From Candidatus Latescibacterota bacterium (lineage in GTDB: Bacteria; Latescibacterota; UBA2968; GCA-2709665), in contig OZ220733.1 in NCBI GenBank assembly GCA_965116875.1, positions 2,016,001 to 2,080,000 of the forward strand: a stretch of 64,000 nucleotides of DNA. Direction: 5' to 3'. Below are positions 1 to 10,700 of this stretch, in pieces. Below the pieces are notes generated by a model that was not told the origin of the DNA, did not search any database, and worked only from the letters and a program-made list of their open reading frames with translations. Numbering within the stretch: position 1 is the first letter of the stretch; each line of letters starts with the position of its first letter. Both the position numbers and the translations under genes were made by a program.

Positions 1-1251
1 ATCTTTGCCGACAATCTAATTGGCAACGTGCAGTTGTCGGCAAGCCGGTATATATCGAACTTCGACGTTGCCACCAATCAGAACGCCGATCAGAGCGGGC
101 AGGGTGGCGAGGGCCGACTGGGACGCGGATTCGGGCTGAATCGCAACAACGAACTGAACGACCTGACGGCAAAGGCGACATTCGACTTCTATTCCGGACC
201 GTTTCACACCACGCGAATGGGCGCCCAGCTTACGGCCTACGACGCATTCTACAGGCAGGGGGTGGGTGACTCCATCCGAACGGGAATCAATACGGCGTCG
301 TTGTATCAGACGGGTTTTCTGGAGCACGGGTTGCGCCTGGGTCGCCTGGAACTGACCCCGGGAATCCGCGTGAGCCACTTCAACAGCGGAAACTACACCC
401 GGTGGTCGCCGCGAGCGACGGGGCTGTTCCAATTCGATGAGCATATCGCGCTCAAGGGCGGTTGGGGCATTTACCACCAGTTCGTCAATTTGATTTCGAT
501 CGAAGCCAACACGTACACGACGGATATGTGGCTACCTGTGGATGAGACCCTGACGCCGGGAAAAGCCGTTCACAGCGCGTTCGGCCTGATGTTGACGCCA
601 AACGACGGATGGCAGGTCGATCTGGAGTTTTATCACAAGGACCTCGAAGACCTCGTGGAATTCCAGTCGCAGGTGCGTCTGGACGATTCTACCCCGCTCT
701 CGGACCTGTTCGTAACCGGATCGGGCAGATCCTACGGCGGGGAAGTCCTGCTTCGGAAGACGGAAGGGCGTCTGAAGGGATGGATTGGATATACATTGAG
801 CAAGACGGAACACACCTTCCCGGAATTGAACCGGGGCGACCCGTTTTCGCCGAAGTACGATCGACGTCATGACCTTTCCCTGGTGACTGACTATTCCCTG
901 GGCAGAGGCTGGAACCTGAACGCCAACTGGGTCTATGGTACGGGACAGGCATACACGATTCCGGAAGCGCGCTATGAGGTGCAACAGCCTACGGGCCAGA
1001 CCATTCCCTATGTCCATGTCTCTGAGAAGAACGCCTACCGGCTGCCGGCCTATCACCGGCTCGATCTCGGAATCACGCGTGAAATGAACCTGGGCGGCGT
1101 CGAAGGGGAACTGGTGTTCAACCTGTTCAACGTGTACAACCGGCGCAACGTATGGTATCGCTCGTTTGATGCGACCGAGCCGGAAGTTCTGGTACAGGAT
1201 GTGTTACTGCAGCCCATATTGCCGAGTGTCGGTCTACGATTCAACATGTAA
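1..1251 (+). CDS. TonB-dependent receptor, C-terminal beta-barrel part (5' truncated by window edge)
   Basis: Frame is open from base 1. Amphipathic beta-strands, YDRRHDLSL and RLPAYHRLDL motifs, NLFNVYNRRN and a C-terminal ...GLRFNM are typical of TonB-dependent receptors. Confidence 0.9.
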   Translation: MFADNLIGNVQLSASRYISNFDVATNQNADQSGQGGEGRLGRGFGLNRNNELNDLTAKATFDFYSGPFHTTRMGAQLTAYDAFYRQGVGDSIRTGINTASLYQTGFLEHGLRLGRLELTPGIRVSHFNSGNYTRWSPRATGLFQFDEHIALKGGWGIYHQFVNLISIEANTYTTDMWLPVDETLTPGKAVHSAFGLMLTPNDGWQVDLEFYHKDLEDLVEFQSQVRLDDSTPLSDLFVTGSGRSYGGEVLLRKTEGRLKGWIGYTLSKTEHTFPELNRGDPFSPKYDRRHDLSLVTDYSLGRGWNLNANWVYGTGQAYTIPEARYEVQQPTGQTIPYVHVSEKNAYRLPAYHRLDLGITREMNLGGVEGELVFNLFNVYNRRNVWYRSFDATEPEVLVQDVLLQPILPSVGLRFNM

Positions 1252-1274
1252 GACCGCTGGCGGAGGAAATATCC

Positions 1275-2111
1275 ATGATCAAACTACGATTCATGCTGTG
1301 TCTTGCCATCGGTCTTGGATCCGGTGCGTGCAGTACGGCGCCCACAGAATCTTTGGGGGAGTTTCGGGAGACGATTCTCATCGAAGGATATCTTCAGGCG
1401 GGAACCAACGTTACCGGTTTATACGTAGGCACGACGATGCCGCTCTCGAGCGAATACGACCGCGACGCCAGCGCGCTTTCCGATGCAGACGTGACGATTG
1501 CGGTGGACGGTGTAACGCATTCCCTGTCATCCGTTCCGGATAAGCCCGGCACATACAATCAGCCGGACCTTGTCGTCCAACCGGGCAAGACCTATCATCT
1601 GTCAGTCACGACGGGATTGGGGAAGGCGACCGCGCAGACGACCGTGCCGTTCCCGCCGACGGCTTCGGGGGGTCCCGTGGTTTATGCTGGCGGCGATCCA
1701 TACCGCGTGACGTGGGAAGGCAAGACAAATGGCGGTTACGTCACGTCGAGGCAGGCCATCGATCTTCTGGAGCGAATTCCACCGGAGAGCCAGTTTGGAG
1801 GGGGGCGATTTGGCGGCGGCTTCGGCGGGGCGATTGACACCACAGGGTTTGGCGCGCTGAGGGACAGTATCGCCCGGGCGGACCAATGGCGGTTCCTGCA
1901 AGGGCAATCCCAGTCGTTGAATCCCCTTCAGTTTTCCTATTATGGCACCTATTCATTTCTGGTCTTCGCTCTCGACGAGAATTACGGTGACTTTCTGATC
2001 TCGAGCCAGCAGGACAGGGCCACGCTCGACGAACCTCGTTTCCACATAGAAGGTGGAATCGGGCTGTTCGCATCCATGGCCGCGGATTCGGTCCTGTTTC
2101 GAGTAGAATGA
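1275..2111 (+). CDS. DUF4249-like lipoprotein partner of the TonB receptor
   Basis: Signal peptide with lipobox (GAC), ILIEGYL near the N-terminus, PGKTYHLSV, and C-terminal HIEGGIGLFAS; lies directly after the TonB receptor. Confidence 0.75.
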   Translation: MIKLRFMLCLAIGLGSGACSTAPTESLGEFRETILIEGYLQAGTNVTGLYVGTTMPLSSEYDRDASALSDADVTIAVDGVTHSLSSVPDKPGTYNQPDLVVQPGKTYHLSVTTGLGKATAQTTVPFPPTASGGPVVYAGGDPYRVTWEGKTNGGYVTSRQAIDLLERIPPESQFGGGRFGGGFGGAIDTTGFGALRDSIARADQWRFLQGQSQSLNPLQFSYYGTYSFLVFALDENYGDFLISSQQDRATLDEPRFHIEGGIGLFASMAADSVLFRVE

Positions 2112-2123
2112 CCCGTCCCCCGC

Positions 2124-2152
2124 TTGACAGGGACAGGCTGCCGGGCTATATT
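2124..2152 (+). promoter_or_regulatory. Sigma70 promoter of tmRNA
   Basis: TTGACA-17 nt-TATATT about 50 nt upstream of the mature tmRNA 5' end. Confidence 0.8.
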
Positions 2153-2199
2153 TTCAGCGTCCGGGCGGCCAGGCGGCCCGGGACAGGGCGATACCGTGT

Positions 2200-2559
2200 G
2201 GGGGCGACCTGGATTCGACGGGGGTGGAGAGGCGATGGCTGCGTGTCGAGGTCCCATGTCCTCGTTAAACCGTGGGAACACTCTATAATTGCGGACGATA
2301 CGTACGCAATGGCTGCGTAACGAAAACGCAGTCCGTTCCGACGGGCTTCGCCTGCAGGGCCCGACCGGAGCGCCGACTTATGCGGGCTGGCTCGTGGACC
2401 TCCGTTCAAGGGTCCGGGAGCGAGAGCTGATTGAACTGGCGCGTTGGCAACCCCGTTTACCGGGGCGCCCGCGCGTGAGATTCAAAAGGTAAACTACACA
2501 CGTAGACGCTGTCGTTGATCTGCTTTCGGACGCGGGTTCGATTCCCGCCGCCTCCACCA
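2200..2559 (+). ncRNA. ssrA: tmRNA
   Basis: 5' GGGGGCG pairs with 3' CGCCTCC-ACCA including the G3-U alanine determinant. GGATTCGAC near the 5' end, T-arm GCGGGTTCGATTCCCGC, and tag ORF 2291-2320 ADDTYAMAA*. Confidence 0.97.
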
Positions 2560-2696
2560 GATAACCATCAATTCGCATTCTTCCATACAAAACGAACGGA
2601 AAACAAGACGGAGAGTCACATCAGGGCTACTGGTGCAATTGAGATGGGAAGACTGGATCGGTGATTCGAGGTTGAAATAGCGAGATTTAATCGAAC

Positions 2697-2730
2697 TGAC
2701 GCCCCGGCAAACCCGTTTGTCGGGGCGTCA
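2697..2730 (+). terminator. Strong hairpin downstream of tmRNA
   Basis: TGACGCCCCGGCAAA-cccg-TTTGTCGGGGCGTCA, a 15-bp stem with one G-U pair. No U-tract, so it may be a repeat rather than a terminator. Confidence 0.4.
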
Positions 2731-2930
2731 TCGCGTTAGATCCAAGGGGTCCGGGCGAATCTCACATCATCCCCGCTCCATCCTCCACCGGTTGAAACCT
2801 CGTCTATAGCTCGCCAGTGCGCTTCCTGCCCGGTTCTGTGCGATTCCGAATTGCCTTGCTTTTCAGGTCACAATCAGACATATTATTATCACTTGTAATT
2901 AAATAGTGACAATTTGTCTGCGGCTGGACC

Positions 2931-3524
2931 ATGCGTGACCAACCCGAAGAAATCTTCCGCCGGCACGGCGGCCAACTTCGCATGAGCGAAGCCCTGGCGT
3001 ACGGGATCTCGCGCTACTCGCTCTATATGCTGCGGGACCGGGGCATCGTGGAGCCGGTGAGCAGGGGGATCTATCGGCTGGCGGAACTTCCTCCCATGGG
3101 CAACCCGGACCTTGTGACGGTGAGCCTGCGCTTCCCGAAGGCTGTAGTCTGTCTCGTCTCAGCGCTGGCTTTCCATGACATGACAACCCAGATCCCTCGA
3201 GCAGTTTCCGTGGTGGTGCCGCGCGGGTCGCGTCCGCCTTCGTTGGACTATCCGCCGGTTCGGGCGCACAGGTTCTCTACGCAGGCATACGAGCACGGTA
3301 TCGAAACGCATCTAATGGATGGTGCGGAAGTCAAGGTCTACAGCCGCGAAAAGACCCTCGCCGACTCGTTCAAGTTCCGCAACCGGATCGGCATGGACGT
3401 GGTACTGGAAGCGCTGCGCCTTTACAGGGGACGACATGGCTTCAATCCAGGCGCCGTGCTGGGCTCCGCCAGGGTTTGCAGGGTCGAGAACGTGATGCGA
3501 CCCTATCTTGAGGCTATGCTGTGA
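2931..3524 (+). CDS. Type IV toxin-antitoxin AbiEi-family antitoxin / transcriptional regulator
   Basis: N-terminal wHTH with VSRGIYRL, followed by VVCLVSALAFHDMTTQIP, VYSREKTLAD-FKFRNRIG and a C-terminal MRPYLEA. Confidence 0.85.
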   Translation: MRDQPEEIFRRHGGQLRMSEALAYGISRYSLYMLRDRGIVEPVSRGIYRLAELPPMGNPDLVTVSLRFPKAVVCLVSALAFHDMTTQIPRAVSVVVPRGSRPPSLDYPPVRAHRFSTQAYEHGIETHLMDGAEVKVYSREKTLADSFKFRNRIGMDVVLEALRLYRGRHGFNPGAVLGSARVCRVENVMRPYLEAML

Positions 3525-3628
3525 CGACGTCCCGCAACGTGCCCGCCTCGATTCGCCCCCTCGCTCTGGCACAATTGGCTCTTCGCCGGTCTTCACCTGG
3601 AACGCAGGCACGCCCGGGTTTCTCGTGA
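3521..3628 (+). pseudogene. Truncated remnant of an AbiEii-type toxin
   Basis: GTG start overlaps the antitoxin stop (GTGA). It reads VTTSRNVPASIR, like AbiEii N-termini (N-x-x-ASVR), then similarity is lost and a stop follows after 35 codons. Confidence 0.55.
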
Positions 3629-3663
3629 CAATCAGCCGATGTCACATATCTCTGTTCCTGTAC

Positions 3664-3692
3664 TTGACAGTCTGAACCTTCCGCCCTATATT
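3664..3692 (+). promoter_or_regulatory. Sigma70 promoter
   Basis: TTGACA-17 nt-TATATT, the same hexamers as the tmRNA promoter. Confidence 0.65.
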
Positions 3693-4092
3693 CTGCCGGA
3701 TTTGATTCTCGCGGTATCAAAGAGTTGAGCAAACTGAGGCGTAGGCATTCAATCACGCACTGGCGGATGGGTATCGAGTGGGCGGTAAGGATGGATATGC
3801 TCCTCAAGGGGCGCCAGCGGTTGGGGAGTCGAGAGTACGCAGCATACGTAGACGTTATGATTGATCAGTATTCAGTATCGGGTTTGATTCCCGATGCGTG
3901 TAACAAGGGATCGAAGACACAAGAGTTCCGGGCTGTGGCTCGAAGACTGGACGGGTCGTGGGATACTTTCCATACTGACGTTCGATCGCGATCTCCCGAA
4001 CTGTTGGTAAGCAGAACCGACCGTTTGCCTGCACTTCGCGCATGGTCCATTTACCCTACACGCCTCCGGTACCGCCGGGGGCGTATTTCGTG

Positions 4093-5106
4093 ATGATCAT
4101 GGCCGATCAAGACCTGGTTTCCGTCATCATTCCAACTTACAATAGAGCGAACTTTCTTGTTGAGTCGCTCGAAAGTGTATTGGCGCAGACGTATCGGAAT
4201 CTTGAGGTGATCGTCGTCAACGACGGCTCAACGGATGAAACGAAAACGAAGTTGGAGCCATTTCTCCATCGAATATCGTACTTTGAGAAATCGAACGGGG
4301 GCAAATCATCCGCCTTGAATCTCGGACTCAAACACATCTCCGGTGACTATGTATGGGTCTTTGACGACGACGATGTCGCGCTGCCTGAACTGGTTGAATT
4401 GCATATTTCGGTTTTCGAATCGCAACCCGAGGTTGATTTCGTCTATAGTGGATTCGCGTATTTTGAGGGAAAGAACGCAGACAATGTGATTGAAACGGTA
4501 GAGGCTACCTCACATCCGGAAGGAGAAATGCTGGGCCAACTCCTGAGCGGGAATTTTATCAGCGGTGTTTCAGTTGTCGTTCGCAGACAGTGTTACGATC
4601 GCGTGGGAATCTATGATGAAAGGCTGATTCGCGCTCAGGACTACGATATGTGGATCCGGCTAGCGCGTGCTGGATTTAAGGCAGGAGTCATACGACAGCC
4701 CTTAGTGAGAGTACGCAAACACGATGGTTTACGGGGATCTGGAGAGGATCGATTCAAGACGTCGGAACTGAGGGAAAAACACCTCGAATATCATCGAATC
4801 ATCATGCAGAAGATCTATTGGGAAGTCCCTTTGGATGTCATATCTCCGGAAATGGCCGAAGCGCCACACGATCCGACCCAGGTATTACGGGCGTTATTGA
4901 AGCGCACCTGGATCGTAGCCAATAGAATGCTGGTGGAAGAGACCATCCGAGACCTGGGATTCGTTCGGGATCACATTATGCGGTATCGGGAACTGCATCT
5001 GGATGATCGCCAGCGCCGGTTCCTTGCGGCTCTACGTGACTATGCCACAAGGTTACGGCAGAGCGAAATCGCGGATCTGAGCGAGTTGATTTTGCAGTTT
5101 AGATGA
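4093..5106 (+). CDS. Glycosyltransferase family 2
   Basis: VSVIIPTYN, VVNDGSTD, NGGKSSALNLG, FDDDD (DxD) and QDYDMWIR. The start could be 4042, 4093 or 4099. Confidence 0.92.
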   Translation: MIMADQDLVSVIIPTYNRANFLVESLESVLAQTYRNLEVIVVNDGSTDETKTKLEPFLHRISYFEKSNGGKSSALNLGLKHISGDYVWVFDDDDVALPELVELHISVFESQPEVDFVYSGFAYFEGKNADNVIETVEATSHPEGEMLGQLLSGNFISGVSVVVRRQCYDRVGIYDERLIRAQDYDMWIRLARAGFKAGVIRQPLVRVRKHDGLRGSGEDRFKTSELREKHLEYHRIIMQKIYWEVPLDVISPEMAEAPHDPTQVLRALLKRTWIVANRMLVEETIRDLGFVRDHIMRYRELHLDDRQRRFLAALRDYATRLRQSEIADLSELILQFR

Positions 5107-5153
5107 CATTTGCAGCCGGGGAATGATCGCGCCAAATCTTGTGATTCATTAAG

Positions 5154-7010
5154 GTGGCTTCTTTGAACACGCCAATTGCAAGTACGGTTTTCTTCGCTCT
5201 CACGCATTTCCTCAGCTTCTTCGTTGTAGAGGCTGGCGCCGCTGAGGTATGGAAAAAAGTAGAGAAGATCCTCGCGGAGGATCAGGGGCTGATGGTGCTG
5301 GACGGGACCGAGAAGGTTTCGCCGCGTTACACAGGGAATGACAGTCCCGTCTATGGGGACTGGCTGGTTTTACATGCGTTCTCGGAGCCGGCAACGCTGA
5401 ACCCGTATGGAAAGATGGACTATGGCTCTCACAGAATCCTGGAGAACATGTTCGAGTCACTGCTGTACATGGAGAACACGCCGCCGTACAAGTTCAAGGG
5501 CAAACTGGCCGCCGATTATCCGACGGTGTCCCCGGACAAGCTTTCCTATGCGTTCGACATTCGCAAGGGCGCCCGCTTTTCGGACGGCAGGCCGGTGACC
5601 GCGGCGGACGTCCTGTTCAGCTTCAAGGTGATCAAGAATCCGGAGGTCCAGCTATCCGGATACATGCGAAGCGGCTTCAAGGACCTCAAAGCGGTCCGGC
5701 TGGAAGGACCCTACAGGATCACGTTTGTCTACGGCGAACCGTATTTCTACAATGCGATCAACATCGGACGCAGATGGATCCTGCCGAAACACTTCTACGA
5801 CCCGGACGGATTGATGGATAGCGTATCCATCGACGCGCTCATCGACGGTTCCTGGCAAGCCGGCCCGCAGGCCGACCTCGTGCGCCGTTTCGCGGAACAG
5901 TTCAACAGGGATTTCAACCGCCGCGTGTTGGGATCCGGCCCCTACGTGCTGGCATCCTCCGTGGAAAACGCGGCGTCAACCGGAAAGACCGTTCTGAATC
6001 GTGACCCGAACTATTGGGGAATCGGAAGGAAGGACCTTCCTTCTCCCGGCTTCGTCGATAAACTGGTCTTCAAAGTGGTCGTCAATCCGGATGCCGCATT
6101 TATCGAACTGACGAATGGGAACCTGGACGTTTTGAATATGTATCCGCTGCCGTTCAAGGAGAAAAGCTGGTCGCCGGAGTTTACGTCGCGTTTTCTCAAG
6201 GCGATCCGGTACGCGAGCGGAATCAATTACATCATCTGGAACAACACCCACCCGGTTTTTCGCGATAAACGGGTCCGCAGGGCGATGTCGCATCTCACAC
6301 CGCGCAAGAGCATGATTCGAGACCTGATCCACGGACTCGGCGTTACCATTGACGGACCGGTGCATATGTCCCGTCCGGAATTTTACGCCGGCCTGGAACC
6401 ACTCGAATACGACCGCGATCGTGCCGCAGAATTGCTCCAGGCGGCCGGCTGGTTCGATACGGACGGCGACGGCGTTCTGGATAAGGTTGTGGATGGTGTC
6501 AAGACAGCATTCAGGTTTGAATTCCTGGTGCCCGCCGGTTCTCAACTCAGCAAGGACATCGGCCTGGTCATGCAAGACAAACTGGCGGACGTGGGAATCG
6601 TCTGTAACGTACGGGAAATCGATTACTCCATTTACCTCGACCGGTTGCGAAAGCGGGAGTTCGAGGCGTTATTCTCCGGCGGTGGGACCCATCCGGCGGT
6701 GCCGCTCGATCTCTATTCAAGCTGGCATTCATCGCAGGTCAAGGACGGCGGGAATTATTCATGTTTCGAAAATGAAGAGGCGGACCGGATCATGGAACGG
6801 TATCGCCGGACATTTGACGCGGAACAACGGATTTCACTCTACCGCAGGCTCCAGGAAATCCTGTACGAGGAACAGCCATATACGTTTCTTTTTGTAGGAC
6901 GTGGCGTAACGGCCTACAGCCGGCGGTTTCGAGGCGTGAATTGGTATCCCTCGGGATGGACGGACTTTCGGGAATGGTGGGTGCCACGTTCGGACAGGCG
7001 GTACCCGTAA
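5154..7010 (+). CDS. ABC transporter substrate-binding protein, family 5 (peptide/nickel type)
   Basis: EPATLNP, FSDGRPVTAADVLFSF, GSGPY, FRDKRVRRAM, AGWFDTDGDGVLD and LYEEQPYTFL. Confidence 0.92.
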   Translation: MASLNTPIASTVFFALTHFLSFFVVEAGAAEVWKKVEKILAEDQGLMVLDGTEKVSPRYTGNDSPVYGDWLVLHAFSEPATLNPYGKMDYGSHRILENMFESLLYMENTPPYKFKGKLAADYPTVSPDKLSYAFDIRKGARFSDGRPVTAADVLFSFKVIKNPEVQLSGYMRSGFKDLKAVRLEGPYRITFVYGEPYFYNAINIGRRWILPKHFYDPDGLMDSVSIDALIDGSWQAGPQADLVRRFAEQFNRDFNRRVLGSGPYVLASSVENAASTGKTVLNRDPNYWGIGRKDLPSPGFVDKLVFKVVVNPDAAFIELTNGNLDVLNMYPLPFKEKSWSPEFTSRFLKAIRYASGINYIIWNNTHPVFRDKRVRRAMSHLTPRKSMIRDLIHGLGVTIDGPVHMSRPEFYAGLEPLEYDRDRAAELLQAAGWFDTDGDGVLDKVVDGVKTAFRFEFLVPAGSQLSKDIGLVMQDKLADVGIVCNVREIDYSIYLDRLRKREFEALFSGGGTHPAVPLDLYSSWHSSQVKDGGNYSCFENEEADRIMERYRRTFDAEQRISLYRRLQEILYEEQPYTFLFVGRGVTAYSRRFRGVNWYPSGWTDFREWWVPRSDRRYP

Positions 7011-7160
7011 TGATGTTTGAAGGGCAACCTGATCGGGGCGTCGCACCCGCGATTGGTTCCAATGGAGATTGAAACGAAGAAGATATCAGCCATCAGCTCT
7101 CAGCCGTCAGACCGCCCATCCCACAACCAATCAGCCTCATTTCCAAAATAGACAGCCGAT

Positions 7161-7523
7161 CACTGCTGTCCAGGATCGTTTGGAAAAGACGATCTTAGAC
7201 GCGTAAGCACGTGTTTTTCTTTAAAGTCGTTTCGAAGTGCAGATGCAGGTTCACATCTTTGGGCCACGGCTGTCCGAGACAGGAACCGACTTGGGGCCGG
7301 TGTGGTTGGCGTTCCCGAGAGCGAGGGCATCCTGCCCTCGAAATCGGACAACTCGTCGCACACGGTGTTTTCCGCGAACCGGTGTTGGATTGAATGGACG
7401 CGTCAGTCCCTCGACGCGAATAGGGATCGGTGACGCGAAGTTCGAGGGCAGGATGCCCTCGCTCCGGAAATTCGTGGATCAGGCCGTGATAGTGGTTGGA
7501 AAAGCCGATTTTGGACAGGTGTG
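7161..7523. mobile_element. MITE type A, copy 1 (non-autonomous, 363 bp)
   Basis: Imperfect terminal IRs CACTGCTGTCCA / TTGGACAGGTGTG. Flanks ACAGCCGAT / ACAGCCGGT give an 8/9 target duplication. Internal perfect 24-bp inverted pair at 7319-7342 / 7441-7464. Homologous to 46163-48228. Confidence 0.8.
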
Positions 7524-7784
7524 ACAGCCGGTAGATTTACCACAGAAAGCACAAAGGACACAAAAGGTATCAGCGAGAAAGCGGGGTATCGAGGTCGTTC
7601 AAAAGGATGAGATTTCCTTGCACCTCCATCGACGTCAAGTATCCTGGAACTGTGAAATGGATTCGCCTTTTTTCTGGTGTGTATAATCCGACAGTCAGGT
7701 CCCCGTATGATTACGAATCATAGTTAGAGAAAACGTGAACGAATCTGAAATCGTGTACAAAGATAATCTTTCGCCGGGTTAACT

Positions 7785-10700
7785 ATGTCCGAACTCGAGG
7801 CAGGAACGGTCGTCGACGGGTGTTACGAGATCCTGGCTACAATTGGCAGCGGTGGGCTGGGTACCGTATACCGCGCGCGTGACGTAAACGATGACGCCAC
7901 GGTGGCGCTGAAGATGTTGGATATCGTGGGAGACGAGGCACAGCGGCGATTCCTCAGGGAGTTCAATATTCTCTCGAGAATTCGGCATCCCCGGTTTGTC
8001 CGGTCCCACAAATGGGGACTCCATGCCGGGAAGCCGTACTTTTCCATGGACTATATTCGCGGTCACCCCCTATCCGACCTGATCGCCAGCGCGGAAGAGC
8101 TCGAACGGCTGAGAACGGGGTGGCTCGTTCCACTCATCCGGCAGATCGGAGAGGGGATGGCTTATATCCACGAACAGGGTGTGGTGCACAGGGACCTGAA
8201 GCCAGCCAATATCATGGTTTCGCAGAATCGCGGGACGCCCGAGGTTACGATTCTGGACCTTGGCTTAGCACGTTTTCGAGATTCGAGTGGACAATGCGTG
8301 ACGCCGCCGGGTACTCCTACCGGGACCGCGGAGTACATGTCTCCCGAACAGATACGAGGACGACAGCCTGACCAGAGGTCCGATTTGTATTCGCTGGGCA
8401 TCGTCTTGTACGAGATTCTCACCGGGAAACCACCCTTCACGGCCGAGAATCCGGCTTCGGTGATGTTCCAGCATTTGAGAGACCTGCCCCCACCGCCGCG
8501 CCAGTCTAACGGCGGTGCTTCCGCCGCGATTGAAGAATCAGTCATGAAACTGCTGGAGAAAGAGCCGATCGACCGCTACGACTCGGTGTGGAGCTTGTTG
8601 CGCGATCTACCAGTAGGCAAGGACGGGAGATTCGCCAAAGAGTTCGTTTCACCACTTGCTGCGAGTCGGCCGGTGCTATTCTTGCAGCCGAAATTTACAG
8701 GGCGGGAGCGTGAGAAGAAGGCCCTCCGGGAGATCCTGAGGGAAACCGGACGCGGATTTGGGCGCATGGTCCTGGTGAGCGGTGAGGTGGGAATCGGGAA
8801 ATCCGAGTTGTTGGAGGAGTTCCGGGCCGACGCACGCGTTCACGGAATGTGCATCCTGAACGGGTGCTGCTACGAAAGCGGCACACGTGCTTATGGTCCG
8901 TTCCTGGAAGCTTTGGAGGCTCTAGCGGACAGGAGGGGTATCGACGGCTTGGATCTCGAAAGGGAGGTGGAACGTGTCCTAGCGCAGTTTGAACGGCCGA
9001 CAGACGGGAATCAGACAGATCCTTACGCTTTAATGGAGATTCTCTGTGAATTCCTTGTCGACCTGAGTCGGAAGGCCCCTACCCTTATTTTTATTGAAGA
9101 TTTACAATGGGCAGACGACTTGACCGTTCGGTTCCTGGACTTTATGAGGAGGAATCCGGACCCGGCGCCCCTAGTCTTCGGGCTTGCCTGCCGCAAAATG
9201 GACGAAGAACCGCTGCCCCCGGATATTGACCAGTTGACAGAAGGGCCGAATGTAACTGGTGTTGTACATTTGCAACTCGAGCCCCTCGATTTGGAGGAAA
9301 CAAGCAATCTTGCTGCGTCCCTTGTTGGCGAGCGGGGGGTTCCCGAGTGGGAAACCTGCAGAATTTTCCAAGAGACCGGTGGAAATCCTCTGTTTGTGGT
9401 CGAACTTATCCGCGGCTCAATTGAAGAGGGCTTGATATGGAGGGATTCGTCAGGCATATGGAGGTGGCCGGAATCTACGGAATGGCCGATGCCTCAAAGC
9501 ATTATGCAAGCCATCGGGTCGCGTCTTGGAAGTTTGCAGCCTGTCCAGAAGCATGCGCTGGAGTTTGTTTCGATATTTCGCGGCGCGATTTCGTTTGACC
9601 TGATTTCAGCGGTCTGGCACGAGAATGAACTACGGTTGTTGGAGGTTCTGGAGGTACTTGTCCGCCTGGGTCTTCTGAGAGCCCTAGAGGACCGTGAGGG
9701 ACGGTACCGGTTTTCACATGCATTGATCCAGCGAGCGGTTTACGCGGGTGCGGTGGAAGAGAAGCGACAGTTGCTTCACCTGAAGGTTGGAACGGAACTG
9801 GAGAGACGTTATGTGGCAGGCGACTCGGAGACCTTGGATGAATTGGCCTATCACTTTTCGAGATCGGACGATCTAAAAAAAATGGCGCGGTATCTGACGG
9901 CTTCCGGCCGTCTAGCGTTGCGGATGCATAATTTTTCACACGCAGTCGAACAGTTCGAAGCGGTCAATAACAATAGGGGCGTTTTCTCGTCAGATGATCA
10001 TAAGGAGATTTCCCGGGGATCCGCGATGCACCTGGAGTTTCTTTGCGCCTACGCCGAAGGCCTATCTGGATGCGGGCGGTTTGAGGACGCTCGGCACCTG
10101 TTGGATGAGGCAATGCCGTGGGTCTCAAGGCAGACCCAGGCTCAGAATGCACACGTCTTAAAGGTTCTGGGGATAAACCACATACATTTGGGGGAATATA
10201 ACAAGGCCGTGTCCGTGTTTTTGGAAGCGTTGGGAAATTTCCGAAGATTAGCTGACAAAGAGAACGAACTGGCCTTATTGGGACTATTGTCAGATGTATA
10301 CATAGCCTTAGAAGATAATGTACAGGCGATACGATATTGCCATTCTGCTGCGAAGAAATGTCGGGAAATGGGAGGAGAAATAAACGAAGCGCGGTCACTG
10401 ATGTATTTGGGATTCTCGGAAGTTTTCACATTCCATAACAGCAGGGCGAAAACACTTTTGGAATCTTCGTTGGAATTGCTGGATCAGGAGGGTGACCGAG
10501 TCTACCGATATACCAGTTTGTACTTGCTGGGGCGTATTGAGTTTAGGCTGGGCAACTTAGACAGGGCTGGAGATATATTCAAGGAACTTCAAGCGTACTG
10601 GTATAGACGCGGATCGAGCGATACTGAAGCTGAGATGCACATTCGCTTAGGTAGGGTTGACCAGGAACGGGGAGAAAAAGAGAAAGCGGAGGGGCACGCA

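Noticed and set aside
7085-7570. Short low-complexity repeats (CAGCCAT/CAGCTCT/CAGCCGT near 7087; CACAGAAAG/CACAAAGGA near 7541)
   Set aside because: Only three degenerate units each; too weak to call a feature.
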